The position numbers and the translations under genes are program-made. Below the pieces are notes generated by a model. It saw only the letters and a program-made list of their open reading frames with translations. It was not told the origin of the DNA and searched no databases. DNA of 52,987 nucleotides, the filler included, from Bipalium vagum (Eukaryota), in assembly GCA_037834085.1 (NCBI GenBank). It is 3 parts of 3 records of this genome, joined end to end, with 100 filler letters (N's around TTAATTAATTAA, not from the genome) between each part and the next. Parts side by side here need not be neighbours in the genome. Positions count along the whole stretch, not along the records: positions 36,977 to 52,987 come from JBBMKC010132493.1; 2 more parts are not named here. The stretch is one strand, 5' to 3'. Numbering within the stretch: position 1 is the first letter of the stretch; each line of letters opens with the position of its first letter. Below are positions 38,330 through 50,640 of this stretch, piece by piece.

Positions 38330-38672
38330 GGTTACATGACGAAGGCTATACCGAAAGTCTAAGTAATAAAATCAAAAATAATCGACTTTTTCTTCAAAAT
38401 CGAATGGTAACATCTGAAGATAAATGCATTTAGAAGAAAACCAAGAGATTTAAAGATATTATTCAAACAGAGGGTATTAGAATATCATCAGAAATGTGTG
38501 AAAGTGATATCAATGATTTTTATAATCGTTTAAAATTGTAATTATTCTCCAGAAAAATATTATAAATTTTCATAAGTAAATGTTACCTTGTCAAAAATCT
38601 GCAGTCTTTATTGAATATATTTAACGTTATTACATTTTAAATTGTGATACTTACTTTTTATACACCCTGCAT
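38330..38672 (+). mobile_element. rosa/DD41D-like 3' fragment
   Basis: DFFL, LKDIIQTEGIRISSEMCESDINDFYNRLKL; terminus tacaccctg near 38661-38669. Confidence 0.6.
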
Positions 38673-40199
38673 AGTAATAAAATACTTCTCACAAATGTTT
38701 ACTTTTGGAATATATGCTGACAATTTTGAATCAATATATTATTTGAACAACGATTTAATCAATGAAGATTTCAATGAATGATATTTGTTAATATTTATTA
38801 AATGATTTTGTATTTTAATAGTTGGAGTCACATTTGTGTATACCTAATATTATTATCGTTAAATATTATGTTTAACCTATTTTCATATTATTATTTTTAT
38901 TTCTTCTTCTTTGACATTTTAATAATGTTATTTAATTAAATTTGAAAAATAATTAATTTAATTATTTTTACATTTAACAAAAAAAATTTTTTTTCGATTT
39001 GGTAATACAAAAATTTTCTGAAAATATCGATCAAATATTTGGTGAATTAAAACAAAATTATTTCTTCAACAAATTTATTTCATTATGTATATAGAGAAAA
39101 TGTGTAAGAGAATCTGGTTTATTTCGTAAAATATGGAAAAAAAAGAAACTGAATTTCTTTTTATAAAATCGACTTTGACGAAAATATTCATTTTGGTTAC
39201 ATTTTCTTTAAAATATATTTCCAATTTCATCGGTCGTATAATAATAATAATAATAATGAAAAATATTTTACGTTTCTTTCAAAATAATTTCAAATTTTTT
39301 CAACCAAATTCAGCGTAACATTTTAATCATAAATAAATAATGTTGTGGAAATTGAGAAATTGAGAAAATTTATTTTAATATGTGGAAAAATATTTTTTTT
39401 TAAAAAATAAATTATGAAGTAAAACACAGAAATAATTACGCGGGGATCTTCCTTCGATAATCGTGATAATAGAATTAATTGATTTGTTTTACTGCATCAA
39501 ATGGTTTTTATTTAGGACACAATCGATAAAATTTTAGATATTTATAACAACATTGCATTTTTCCTATCACGGATATTGAGGAATATTCCGAAATGAGTAC
39601 CATTTGGGCGAAGAGATGCTGTTTCACTTTAACATTAAAATATGTTGTGTAGAGCCTCAAATAATATTTGGCGTGGCTCATTGTGATAATGGTCCAAGAA
39701 AGCAACTTAAACATTTTTTTCAAGGGATCTAGAAGCGATTATTTTTAGGAGGAACATAAAGAGCGCCTTGAAGGAAACAATATGAAGTATTGGTTGATGA
39801 AGATCTGAGTTAAAGTGAAAATGGTACTGTCGAATTTTTAAATGTTTGTTGGTCATCGGTCAATTTACAATGGAAAGGTGAACTCATTTATTAAGGTAAT
39901 GGGAGAGTCTTTGAAAGATGGAGAGTTAGAAGCGCGTTTTGGCTGTTTGGGAAAAAACGTTCTGTCTCAAATGTTAGAATAACAATATGAAATCGGGTTA
40001 TCCTAATCAACCAGTATCATAGAGGAACATCCATGTGAAGTAGCTGTTGGAATCTGATCAGACGATTACAAATGAATGTTACCATGACCTGATAATTAAT
40101 GTGATCCACATGTGGAGACGAGATAACGTATTTTTGATATGAGATGATGTCATACTACCTGTACCAATCTGATTATTTTGAGGCAGTTCTCAATTCTCA

Positions 40200-40450
40200 A
40201 AAGTTAAACATTGACCTTAAAGGAGATGTGTCAAAGACTTAAATAGGAGCAAATCAGATAGGGCGGGATCAGGGATATATGCAGGGTGGAGAGTGATTTG
40301 GAAATCCAAAGCTTATTGTAGCTTTTAGAATACGTTTCATGAGGAATTGTCATGTTGCAAAAGTACTCTTCCACGACTCATCAATACGGATGATCGATTC
40401 GCACTGTGATCTGAAAATCATAAATGTGTTTTAGCTTGGAGCCGAAATCA
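40200..40450 (-). mobile_element. Mariner 3' fragment
   Basis: VLLQHDNS and LHPAYIPDPALSDLLLFKSLTHLLKG motifs. Confidence 0.75.
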
Positions 40451-40692
40451 CTTTAGTTAAGGTTACATCAAAGTGTAGGTCTCATGTGTTACAGTAGAGG
40501 GCTCTTTTTATTTTTTTACGACATGGGATTTGTCAATTGGCAGAAAGATGGCTTCAAGTCATTGAAGATGATGGAATGTATTTCGAGGAATAACTGAATA
40601 ATTTGTGTTTTGTAAATAAAATGTTCTCATAAAAACAACAAAGACGTTTGACTCACCCTGGTGGTTGAGTCACAAATCTTGAGACGGACATT

Positions 40693-41040
40693 ATGTCAGA
40701 TAAAAAGCGAAGGTTTTTCAGGTTGCAATTTCGTTTAGAAGCGGTTAATTATGGCCTGGATTCAACGAATTCAAAGGCCAATAAGCCTTTTTCAGTCCAT
40801 TTAGGTCGACTGAGAAACTGGCTTATAACCGGAAAAATAGTGTGGTGATGAGAAGATAATTACTTCCCTAACTCTTCTTGTAAGACCTCAGTGACCGTTG
40901 TGGCAAGTGGCCGGCCAGGAAATGTGAAACAGAGCCTGGACTAAGTCTTGAGATATCCAATTTCGTGACTTTAGATAAATACATTTAAAAAGGGAAAAAA
41001 TATTTTTAAAAATAGTCCAGTTTTGAATTACGACGCCCTT
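40693..41040 (+). mobile_element. pogo-like transposase N-terminal (Brinker-like HTH) remnant
   Basis: MSDKKRRFFRLQFRLEAVNYGLDSTNSKANKPFSVHLGRLRNWL followed by a GKWP segment. Confidence 0.55.
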
Positions 41041-42409
41041 TTATTTTATGATCTCAGAAAACATAAATTCTTTCCCAATGAAAATTATAGAGGTCGTCAC
41101 CAGGTGATTTTGTTTAGATCAATCATAACATTAAAACAATTAAAATAGATTTTTATGACAATATTTTCTGGTTTCTGACACTGGGATTGGTGATAAAATA
41201 TCACAAAGATATAAAAGTACTTCAATGGATAAGCTTATATCGACAGAAATTGTTTCTGTTTGGTTATTATCTTTTAATAATAATAATAATAATAATAAAA
41301 TATTAATAATAAAACATAAAAAATAAAAAATAAATAAAAAATAAATAACAAATAAATAACAAAAAAATAATTAATAAATAATAAATAAATAAATAAATAA
41401 AAAATAATTATAATAATAATAATAATAATAAAAAAAATATTTTCTGAATTATTATCACATAAAATTAATTTATTGCCATTATTTTTTATGACAGGAGTTT
41501 TATGAAGAAACTTTAATCGCTTTTTATCAGAGTTTGACGTTGACAGTTTTGAATAAATTCATTTAATTTATTTAATAATTTCCTGTAATTGATTTTTCTT
41601 TTCAATATTGAAATTTTTCATTATTTCTCCATTAAATTGTTAAAAAATTAATATATTGATTTTGTAAAGAAATTTTCTTCTCGGTGTATTTTATTTTCAC
41701 TTTATTTATTCTCTTTTTCTATCTCTTTTTTTTAAAAAATAATTTTAATTAAATTTTACCCTTTTTTTATAAATTATCCACATTAAAAATTAAAGATGAA
41801 AAAATACATTAAATTATAAAATCAATAAATGAAAAATTTCACAATCTTTTTTTTGCTGTAGAAATGAATTTTGAATGTAAAAATATTTCCGCTAAGCTTT
41901 TCTCAATTTCAGAAGGAGATCTGAATATGTTTTCAAAATAAATGGAATATTTGTTTTAAAATTAATATTTATTTTATTATTTTTAATATTATTAACTACT
42001 TTTGTTTTGTCTAAATGAAATATGCCTAAATATTATTGTTCACGTAAATTATATATAATTATTTATAAATTAAAAAGGAATCTTATTTAATTAATAATTA
42101 TAATAATTATATTATAATATGCGTCTTAACTTAAAAAAAATGAATTCATTAACTTAAATTAAAATGAATTAACAAATTAAATAAAAATAAATTAAATGAT
42201 TTAATTAAAATTAAGTAATATGAATTAACTAAATAAATTTTAAAGAAATTAATGAATTAATTAAATTAAAATAATATTATATAATTTAAATGATTTAAAA
42301 TAATGATTAAAATAAAATAATATGAATTAATTAAAATTTACTTGTAAAGATATCTTCTGTGTATTTAAGAAAAAAGGAAGATTTTGTCTAATTTATTAAT
42401 TTTATAATA

Positions 42410-43502
42410 TATTGGGTTGGCAAGAAAATTCGTGGGCGTTTTAATATTGTAATTTGTAAATCAATTTTTCATACATCAATCATTCAGTTGTTGTTTAAAT
42501 AATATAATAGTCTTACGCGATAATTAAAATATCATTATGCAAGATAAGAACTGCATTTCCGTTATATTTTGTTGTTATATTTTGAAAAAGGTAATTACTG
42601 TATTATTTATAAATATTATGTTAATTTTAAAAAGGTAAGCGAGTCCCGGATGCACATACGAAAATATGTAAAGTATATGGAGATAATGCTTTATCAATAC
42701 ATGTATGCGAAAAGTGATTCGCCAAATTTAGTTGTGAAGAATTTGATGTGATCGATGCATCCCGCTCCGGACGTTAGGAAAAATTGTGCCTTCTGAGATT
42801 CGTTTCGCGAATCAATGTTTGGGTACCGCAAAAATTAACAGAGCAATTGATTTCCAGGGATGAAAAGTGGATTGTCTTTTACAATGTGGTCCGCAAAAGG
42901 TCATGTGGTCGTCCTGGTGAGCCACCAAAATTGTCACCAAAAGCAGGAATACACTCCAAAAAATGATGCTTTCTATTTGGTGGGTTTTTAAAGGTGTAAT
43001 TTATTACAAGCTGTTATCATCTTGCCAAACGATTTATTCGAATGTGAACTGCCTCCAATTGACAAAGGTGAACAATGTAATCCACGAAAAGCGTCCAAGA
43101 TTAGCAAATCGGAAGAGTGTCATCTACCAATACGACAATTCCAGGCCTCATATATCTTTGGTCAACCGGAACAAATTACTGGCTCTTGGATGGGATGTTA
43201 TGTCTCATCCTCCATACTCACCGAACTTGGTTCCTATCGATTATTATTTGTTTCTGTGACTGCAGAATTCCTTGAACGGGAAAACATTCAATGACTATGA
43301 GTCTGTCAAAAGAAACATTGAAACTTTTTTTTTCAAAGAAAACCCAGAGGTTCTACAAATGTGGCATCATGTCTTTGGCAGAAAGATGAAGAAAGATCAT
43401 TAATAATAACATTATTTTAATATTAACATTATTTTTGTCCATAAGAATAATTGATTTTATCTTTTCTTTATAAAGCACACGAACTTTCTTGCCAATCCAA
43501 TA
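42410..43502 (+). mobile_element. Mariner element, mellifera-like, internally deleted, with an intron-like insert
   Basis: TA-ttgggttggcaagaaaattcgtg / cacgaactttcttgccaatccaa-TA; motifs HFRYILLLYFEKG, WVPQKL, DEKWI, YDNSRPH, HPPYSPNL. Confidence 0.95.
42591..42634 (+). other. 44-nt GT-AG intron-like insert in the mariner transposase ORF
   Basis: AAAAAG|gtaattactg...tgttaattttaaaaag|GTAAGC; removal restores FEKGKRVPDAHTKICKVYGDNALS. Confidence 0.7.
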
Positions 43503-43552
43503 CATTTCATGGAATATTTGAAGTAATAATAAAAAAGTAAGAATCGTGATTT

Positions 43553-43860
43553 TAATTGGACCGAGGAATAAATTATTTCGTTTTTTTATTTATATACTTT
43601 AATCAATGCAATAAAAAAGTTCTTGATTGTCAATCACTGATGTATTCTCCATCGGATTGAACAATTTGAAATCATCTCTGTTTGAAAGCCTCCATATCTT
43701 CGATAAAATTCTGATAAAAAGGCTGAGATCTCTGATTTGATCTTGGAACTCTTGTCAACTGATTTTGGATAGATCTGATTCAATAGTAAATTGATATTTC
43801 CAGATCTGAAAAATTGGTGGATGGGAAAAGACTTCCAAATCCGTACTCTTTATATTCTCT
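43553..43860 (-). mobile_element. Mariner 3' fragment
   Basis: Minus-strand LEVFSHPP and *FQIVQSDGEYISD* C-terminus. Confidence 0.65.
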
Positions 43861-44204
43861 CAAGTCAAATTCTAGTGGTATGTGGTCTCTTGTTACCGTA
43901 TTGCAGGAGTACACTATGATATTAAACTACAATTTAAAAGTTATTCAAATTAATTTTATCAAAACCAATTAAAGATTTATAACGTTTTTAATAAATCAAT
44001 AAATATAAATATTATTAATGAGGATAATAATATCAATAATATTAATAAAAATGTAATTATTAAAATAGATATTCGATAAATAATAGGCATTATTTAAAAA
44101 AGATTTAAGTAAAGGAAATCCTTAACCTAATAATTCTTATATTATAATAATATAATAATATATATAATAATAATAAAAAAAACTATAATATTGATAATAA
44201 TAAT

Positions 44205-44690
44205 GACTCAAATTGACTCTTTGCGAAACTGTGATGTATGTGATAATAAAAATATCGTAAAGTATTCGGACTTGAAGAGAAAAATTAAACTCACAAAACC
44301 TCATTATAAAATCCAACTGAAGACGTTGCTTATTGGATCTCTTGGGACGATACATCCGGATGCAATAGACATTCTAATCAATATTGGAATCCCAAAAAGG
44401 AAATCAAGTGCACTTTTAAAGTCATGTGCAATATCAATTATTGAACAATCGACGAAGATCTAGAACTTTCATGCTGCATGATATTTAGTTAATTTTATGT
44501 AGGTTGAATCAAATCAATTATTCAAATGAATGAAATTTGTCAAAAACCATGCTGGGTTATTGTATCTATGGCACTTGTGCTTGTTTATTTAATTTATCAG
44601 TCTCGTATGCATCAAGATTTTTTTATAAATAAAATGTTATAATAATAATTATAATAATAATAACAATAATAAAAATAATAATAATAATAT
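44205..44690 (+). mobile_element. 5'-truncated REL-endonuclease non-LTR retrotransposon (NeSL/R5/R4-like) 3' end
   Basis: NKNIVKYSDL..IQLKTLLIGSLGTIHPDAIDILINIGIPKRKSSALLKSCAISIIEQSTKI*NFH matches the K..KY..L / IGSLG / S..IW..H tail of REL domains; AATAAA at 44628 followed by (AAT)n. Confidence 0.8.
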
Positions 44691-46492
44691 TAACAATTAA
44701 GAAAAGGTTAAATATTCTGATTTGAGGCTGAGATGTAAAATAACATATTTTTTGTATTAAGAAATTCCTCGTTTGAAAATATTATTGAGAAAAAAACGAT
44801 TTATTATGTAAAATTTATTTTATCAACATTTCTTAATCGCATTTCAAATGGAATGAAAAAGAAATTTATCAAAAACAGTTTCTCCTCAGAAGGATGCTTT
44901 GCTGCCAGCACTTTTGACAAAGAATCAAGTATCCATTATTTCTCACGTTCTCCACAACCCAGTGGCTTCCTGCTTGTTTGGAAATCCTTTTTCATGTCAA
45001 AGTGTTTGATTAACATATTTACTTTTGATGTAAGAACGATTTCATAAGTAAACAATGTTGGAGAGAATTGCGAGGATTTTATTTTATTAGTTTATTTTTC
45101 AATTTATTCTGTATAACTTGGCTAATTAACCATATTTGTGTTTCACTTATTCGTAAGCCCTGCGTACATTCTGTGGTGTAACAATAATTTTTATCTGAAT
45201 TTATTTGTTTTTGGCCAATTAATTTATTTTAAATTATTTTTAATTAAAATATAATAATATATATATATTTTTAAATTAATCTCATTTTAAATTAGTTTGA
45301 AATAAAATTATATATTTTCGAGACAAAGTGAAATTTTCAAGATATCATGATAATAATTATCTCATTATTATTATTATTATTCATAATTTACAGTATTTTA
45401 ATAACTGTAGACATAAAAACAATTAAATAAAAGAATGCAATATATATATATATTTTTAAAAAATAATGTAACAATATTTACTTTATATAATGCTTTATGT
45501 TGGGTTGTCACTCATAATAATAATTATTAACAAAATTAAAAAATATAATCTAAATAATGAATATATTAAAATATAAAATTACTAATAATATTATTATTAA
45601 TATTAATAATAATAAAAGAAAAAATTATACTGTTCTTTTTCTGATACTTAAGCTATTTTAATTAATTAATTAGTCCAGTATTTTTAACTGATCCAGAATT
45701 TTATACCAGTAGCATTATTTTATCGTTGATGATATTGTGACATGGAGAATGTAATCTTGAGCTGGATAGTTATATTCCTCATTAAACCCGTTGAAGGTCT
45801 GGTAATGGAAAATTATTGATTTTTTGGTGATTTATTCCGTAGTATTATCAATAATCTTGACTATTTTAGTTCCATATTCTAATTGTTACTGGTGGAAAAA
45901 TAATGTCTTAGTGTATCATTTTATTTTTCAATGGATAATTATTGAATCTAACCATATTTAAAGTAAATGAGTCAGATTAGCGTAATTTGGTTAATATTCA
46001 AATATTGATTTATATTATATTAAAATATCATATATTGATTTCAGAAAAAATTAATATTTTCTTTTTATTTTTCATTTAAATAAAAATGGTTTCTTAATTT
46101 TGTTAACTTTTATATCTATAAGGAGTAGTTCGAAAAATTAGTTTGCCTGAATTTTTTTAATAACAACCTGACGCCTAAATTAACGATTATTAAATGTTTT
46201 TAATTTAAACTTTTTAAAAATTATTATGTTACGGATATTTAGATATTCAAATAAATAATTTAAATAAATTTTGGTAAACGTAAATAATTTAATTTTGCAA
46301 GAAGGTGAGGTCCATATTTGAAAAATATTTTTTAGTAATCGAATTTAATGAAATATTATTATTGCTTTGATCTTATATTATTATTAAAAATGACAAGGCA
46401 AGAATATAACTATATCTCTTTATTATTAATTTATTCAATTTTTAGACATTTTCAAACGTTTTACTATGCTCACTTTTATATTTCTGTTTACA

Positions 46493-46494
<2 letters not shown>

Positions 46495-46560
<66 letters not shown>
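46495..46560. repeat. (TTA)22 microsatellite
   Basis: Seen directly; it explains the poly-Leu ORF 46348-46566. Confidence 0.95.
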
Positions 46561-46561
<1 letters not shown>

Positions 46562-49362
46562 ACTGACTTGACAGTTCTATTTAAATTTTTTATATTTTAC
46601 AGAAATTTTCCGGTTTATCTCGAGCACCCGACATAATATGTAAAATAATTATTGAGATTTAAAATATTTATTTTTTGAAATTGAAATAAAATTTTTAAAA
46701 TTATTTTTTTATTTAAATTTATTTAAACTAGAGACTCTTCTAAATATCCGTTCATTTTTCCATTTGCAAAAAGATATTATTTTCTATCAAAACACCTTTC
46801 TATATTATCACAAGTACTACCACGAATCGATCGAAAAATGTTGAATTAAAAACCACTCAAGCGTGGTTAAAGTATTTTAAAAAAATAAATTTAAGGTAGA
46901 ATAATAGTGGAAAATAGATAAATATGTGAGAGTTATCTGTGCATGTTGAAATACAATTGAACGCCTCACGATTTACGTACAAATATTATATATATAATTA
47001 AAAATTTTATATTTTTATAATCCACGAAAATGAATTGAGAACCGAAGAAGAATTTATTCATAAAATATTTTTCGTAATATAAATTCAATAAAGTGAAAAA
47101 ATGTCATAAAAAAGAGGAATTAAATTCAGATAAAATATTTTTATACTACATTATAAATTCAACAATGTTCTTTTCAGTGAAAGAGAAAACAAGTTTTATT
47201 TAAATTTTATTTTTCCAGATTGATTAAATATCGAATCGTCTCACAAAAAATATAAATAAATAAAATTTATTTTTAAATAACGGATAAAAATATTTTGAGA
47301 GAAATGAAATGAGATTCGTTCTCCCGTTCAGATATATAAAGTATTATTATTTATATCATAAAGTAAAACTGATATAAAATTTTAGGGTTAAAAATAAATA
47401 TAATTAATATTTAATAATATCTAATGAAACAGAAGATATTATTTGTCGAGCAACAGAACCGGAAATAATCCATATTCATTAAATGAAATATTTTACAATA
47501 TTATATCCAGAACGACTATGATATAAAAAGGATAAGAACCTGGTTAATTAGAACCTCACTCTTTAAGTGGGTTTGTTTAAATGGCACTGGTCCGAGTATT
47601 CAACAATTATTTGAATTAATTATTTAGAGCTTTTTGATAAATAAATTTAATATTAAAATTAATGAGACTGTCAAAGTTTTCATAAATATTTTAGGAATTG
47701 GAAAAAATAATATAGGAACAGTTTATATTTTTGTTTAAACATGTATGTACGCACGAGAATGTTGGATGTGATTTTTGCTTATGTATTATAAAAATATAAT
47801 TTTATTTTACTTTATTCCATGTTAAAAGGTCAACAATAGGAAGTACGATTAATATTATTTTATCAGTCAATCAATATAATAGCTGTAAATAAAATAATTA
47901 TAATTTCAATATTTTAATATTGATCGGCTACGCTTAATCTGACTAACTGTCTTTTATTACGGTTAGGTTCTACAGTAATGTCACGTGTAAATCAAAATAA
48001 CTTATAACCACATTAATCAAAATCAAGAAACGCCTTACAATTAAGCGCAAACACTATTCATGTAAAAATCAAATAAGATAATCTAATATCAAACGAATTA
48101 TAATACTGAATTAAAGAACCATACTTTAAGTTAACGACTGAATTCACTAACAGAGATTAAAATGAAAAATATATTAAATTTATAAAAAATTAATTTAAAT
48201 TTTAAAAAATAAAAATAAGATAACTCATTTAGGTTAGTTGGGTTCCAAGGACCCCGAGTGTCACACGAATCATAATTTCAAATAGCTGTCGACTATTAGA
48301 ATCTTCATCAACAAATCGGATAAATTAAAATTAAATCTTCTTCATAACGTGTAATAGATTAAAATAATTGTATAATATATATTTTAATAATAATAATAAT
48401 AATAATAATAAATCTGTAATAAACCAGAACTAAATAATTATATTCTTAATAAATAATTTTGATACATTTAATAATTCTATTTTTGTCTTTTAATAAATGT
48501 TTCCAAAAAAATTATAGCTATAATTACATTTTTTGTAATTACTGGTGCATTTCTAAAAAATTAATTAATATATTTGATGAAGTTAGTCGAGAGTAATTTT
48601 CGCTAGAAATAATAACAAAACATTTCGTTTTTATTTATTATTTGTTAAAATATTAATAAAACAGTGCCCATTTATTGCTCTATCATTAGTAAATGAAATA
48701 TGACTATTTTTATAACTTTAAAATTTTTTAAAGAATCCTTAAATATGAAAACTTTAGTGAAATATTGATTATCATAAATAAAAACAAGTTTTTATTTTTT
48801 TTAAATAAGTATTGATTTAACTTATAAATAATATAAATAAATAATAAATTAAAACAACCTGTATGAGTCTATTTATTATTTATTATAGAGTTTGAGGAAA
48901 AAATATTTTTCTGCACCTTAAAAAATGTTACAAATTGAATTATAAAAATAAATGGTTAATTTTTTAAGTTTCTTTGGATATCCGAAGATATAAGCGACTG
49001 TTAAAATAACCATTTTTAGTGTATATCAATAACTCAAATTTAAAATAACATTTGTTTAAATAATTTAAATATTTTGGTGAAAAATTTATTTTCTCACTCA
49101 TCTCAAACTAAATTTATTAAATAATTATTAATTAGAAGAATATTAGATTTGCAATTTTGGATAGGTTAGTAGATTACGTGAGAAAATGTTTATAAATATA
49201 AGTAGAATATTTCATTTAGGTGATAGAAAAAGTCAATAATTAACAGCATCGCAGAAAAAGAGAAACGTATAACTGAAGTCTAGAAAGATATTTGTAAATC
49301 CTACAGATTGCTAAGACAATCTAGAAAAGTTGAGGCTTTCATCCTGTTAGTTGAAATTAGCA

Positions 49363-49426
49363 ATAGGTACCGAGATTGGAACCCGGGACCGTTCATATGT
49401 GCATGACCTGCTCTGAACGCTGACTA
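49363..49426 (-). pseudogene. tRNA-derived sequence in the 3' LTR
   Basis: GTAGTCAGCGTTCAGAGCAGGTCATGCACATATGAACGGTCCCGGGTTCCAATCTCGGTACCTA: D-arm, anticodon arm and B-box remnants; the 5' acceptor strand is deleted. Confidence 0.75.
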
Positions 49427-49593
49427 CTTTTCAATTATCTCATATCCGCCTCTTTTGTAGCTGACAGTCAGACCCTTAACTGTCCCGAGTCTCTTTACTT
49501 CAATTTCCATTCCAGTCCTTTACTTTTTTACTTTCGAGATCTCGTCTGCTGGTTGGTGTCCTGATGTTGTCGTCATGTTAGTTGAAAATTAAT

Positions 49594-49654
49594 TGGACAT
49601 ACCGGAATTCGAACTCGGGGCACATGAACTGCCTGACCGCTAAGCTACATCCCC
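49594..49654 (-). pseudogene. tRNA-derived sequence (Ala-like acceptor and D arm) in the 5' LTR
   Basis: GGGGATGTAGCTTAGCGGTCAGGCAGTTCATGTGCCCCGAGTTCGAATTCCGGTATGTCCA: A box TAGCTTAGCGG, B box GTTCGAATTCC; anticodon arm partly deleted. Confidence 0.85.
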
Positions 49655-50640
49655 CGACGAATTTTCAATTTATCTCACACATCCAATATTGTTTCAAAAG
49701 TATTGGAAGAGAAAAGAAGAATAGTAGGCCGAAACAAAAGCATTCTGTTGGAACAAGGCGGATAATTATCCGAGAAGCAAGCACTAAAGCAACCAGTCTA
49801 CAACGTATAAAAACAGATTTAGATTTAAATGTTTCAAAAGACACCATTGGACATTTTAAAATCTGGTAAAAGTTCGATTCAGAAAAAATGAAAGTAAATC
49901 CGAAATTGATGCCACCACACAAACAACAGCCACTTTTTTAGATTAAAGGTAAATTTAATTGAGAAGATCAATGAAAAATGTTATATAGGTTGACGAAATA
50001 AACCTAATCTAGTAAACCAGAAGGTTGTCCGTACTATTGACACTATTTGAGGAAAAAAATTGGATCGATCTTGGAGACATACTCAGAAATGTCTCTTTAA
50101 TGATCTGGATACAAAAGAGAATTGTATACCACAACAAACTTCTCAAGTTATTAATAAAAACGGATCTGACATTAAATATTATCATTTCATTTTAATTAAA
50201 TTTATTTCAGTATTTAATATATTTTTATGTGTGACAATAAATGTTATGTTTCCTCAGTTTTTATTTTTCTCTAATTAAATTTTAAGTGTAAATTCAATAA
50301 TATGTACCTATATGCTCTAAAGTTTAGTCTAAACTCATAAATTTTTATTTAGTGAGAAAACCTAGCTATATTTAAGTACTTAGCACGATATATTGTTGTA
50401 TGTGTAAGTGCGCAATTAAATTAGTGCCGTATTTGACGTTCGTCAAATAAAAATAAAATATATGTACACTAAGATATTTAACCAACAGAATTGTTGCTGC
50501 ATTAATCGGGAAAGGTAATACAATTAATTTTCAATGTCTGATTAGAATGTCGATTTAATATGTAATCAATTTTCAGGTTATTTTTAAAATTTTTGCATTG
50601 TTCAGATCTAATCTCAGTTATTTTGAGATATCGGTAATTT

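Larger units (their letters stand above)
49345..49679 (-). mobile_element. Miniature non-autonomous LTR retrotransposon (TRIM) with tRNA-derived LTRs
   Basis: TGT...ACA ends; CATCC TSD at 49340-49344 and 49680-49684; direct repeats 49576-49679 and 49345-49444; PBS-like 49559-49575; PPT 49445-49456. Confidence 0.88.
49200..50190 (+). mobile_element. Degenerate Tc1/Tc3-like transposase interrupted by the mini-LTR element
   Basis: KSY..IAKTI..FIQYCFK..SRPK..RRIIIREAST..RIKTDLDLNVSKDTI, PKLMPPHKQQ, KNVI*VDE, PEGCPYY*HYLRKK and C-terminal QVINKNGSDIKY. Confidence 0.78.

Noticed and set aside
46348-46566. 72-aa poly-Leu ORF
   Set aside because: Translation of a (TTA)n microsatellite.
49594-49654. 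Functional tRNA-Ala gene or simple tRNA-SINE
   Set aside because: The anticodon arm is deleted, and it sits within a direct repeat with PBS, PPT and TSD, so it is better explained as an LTR.
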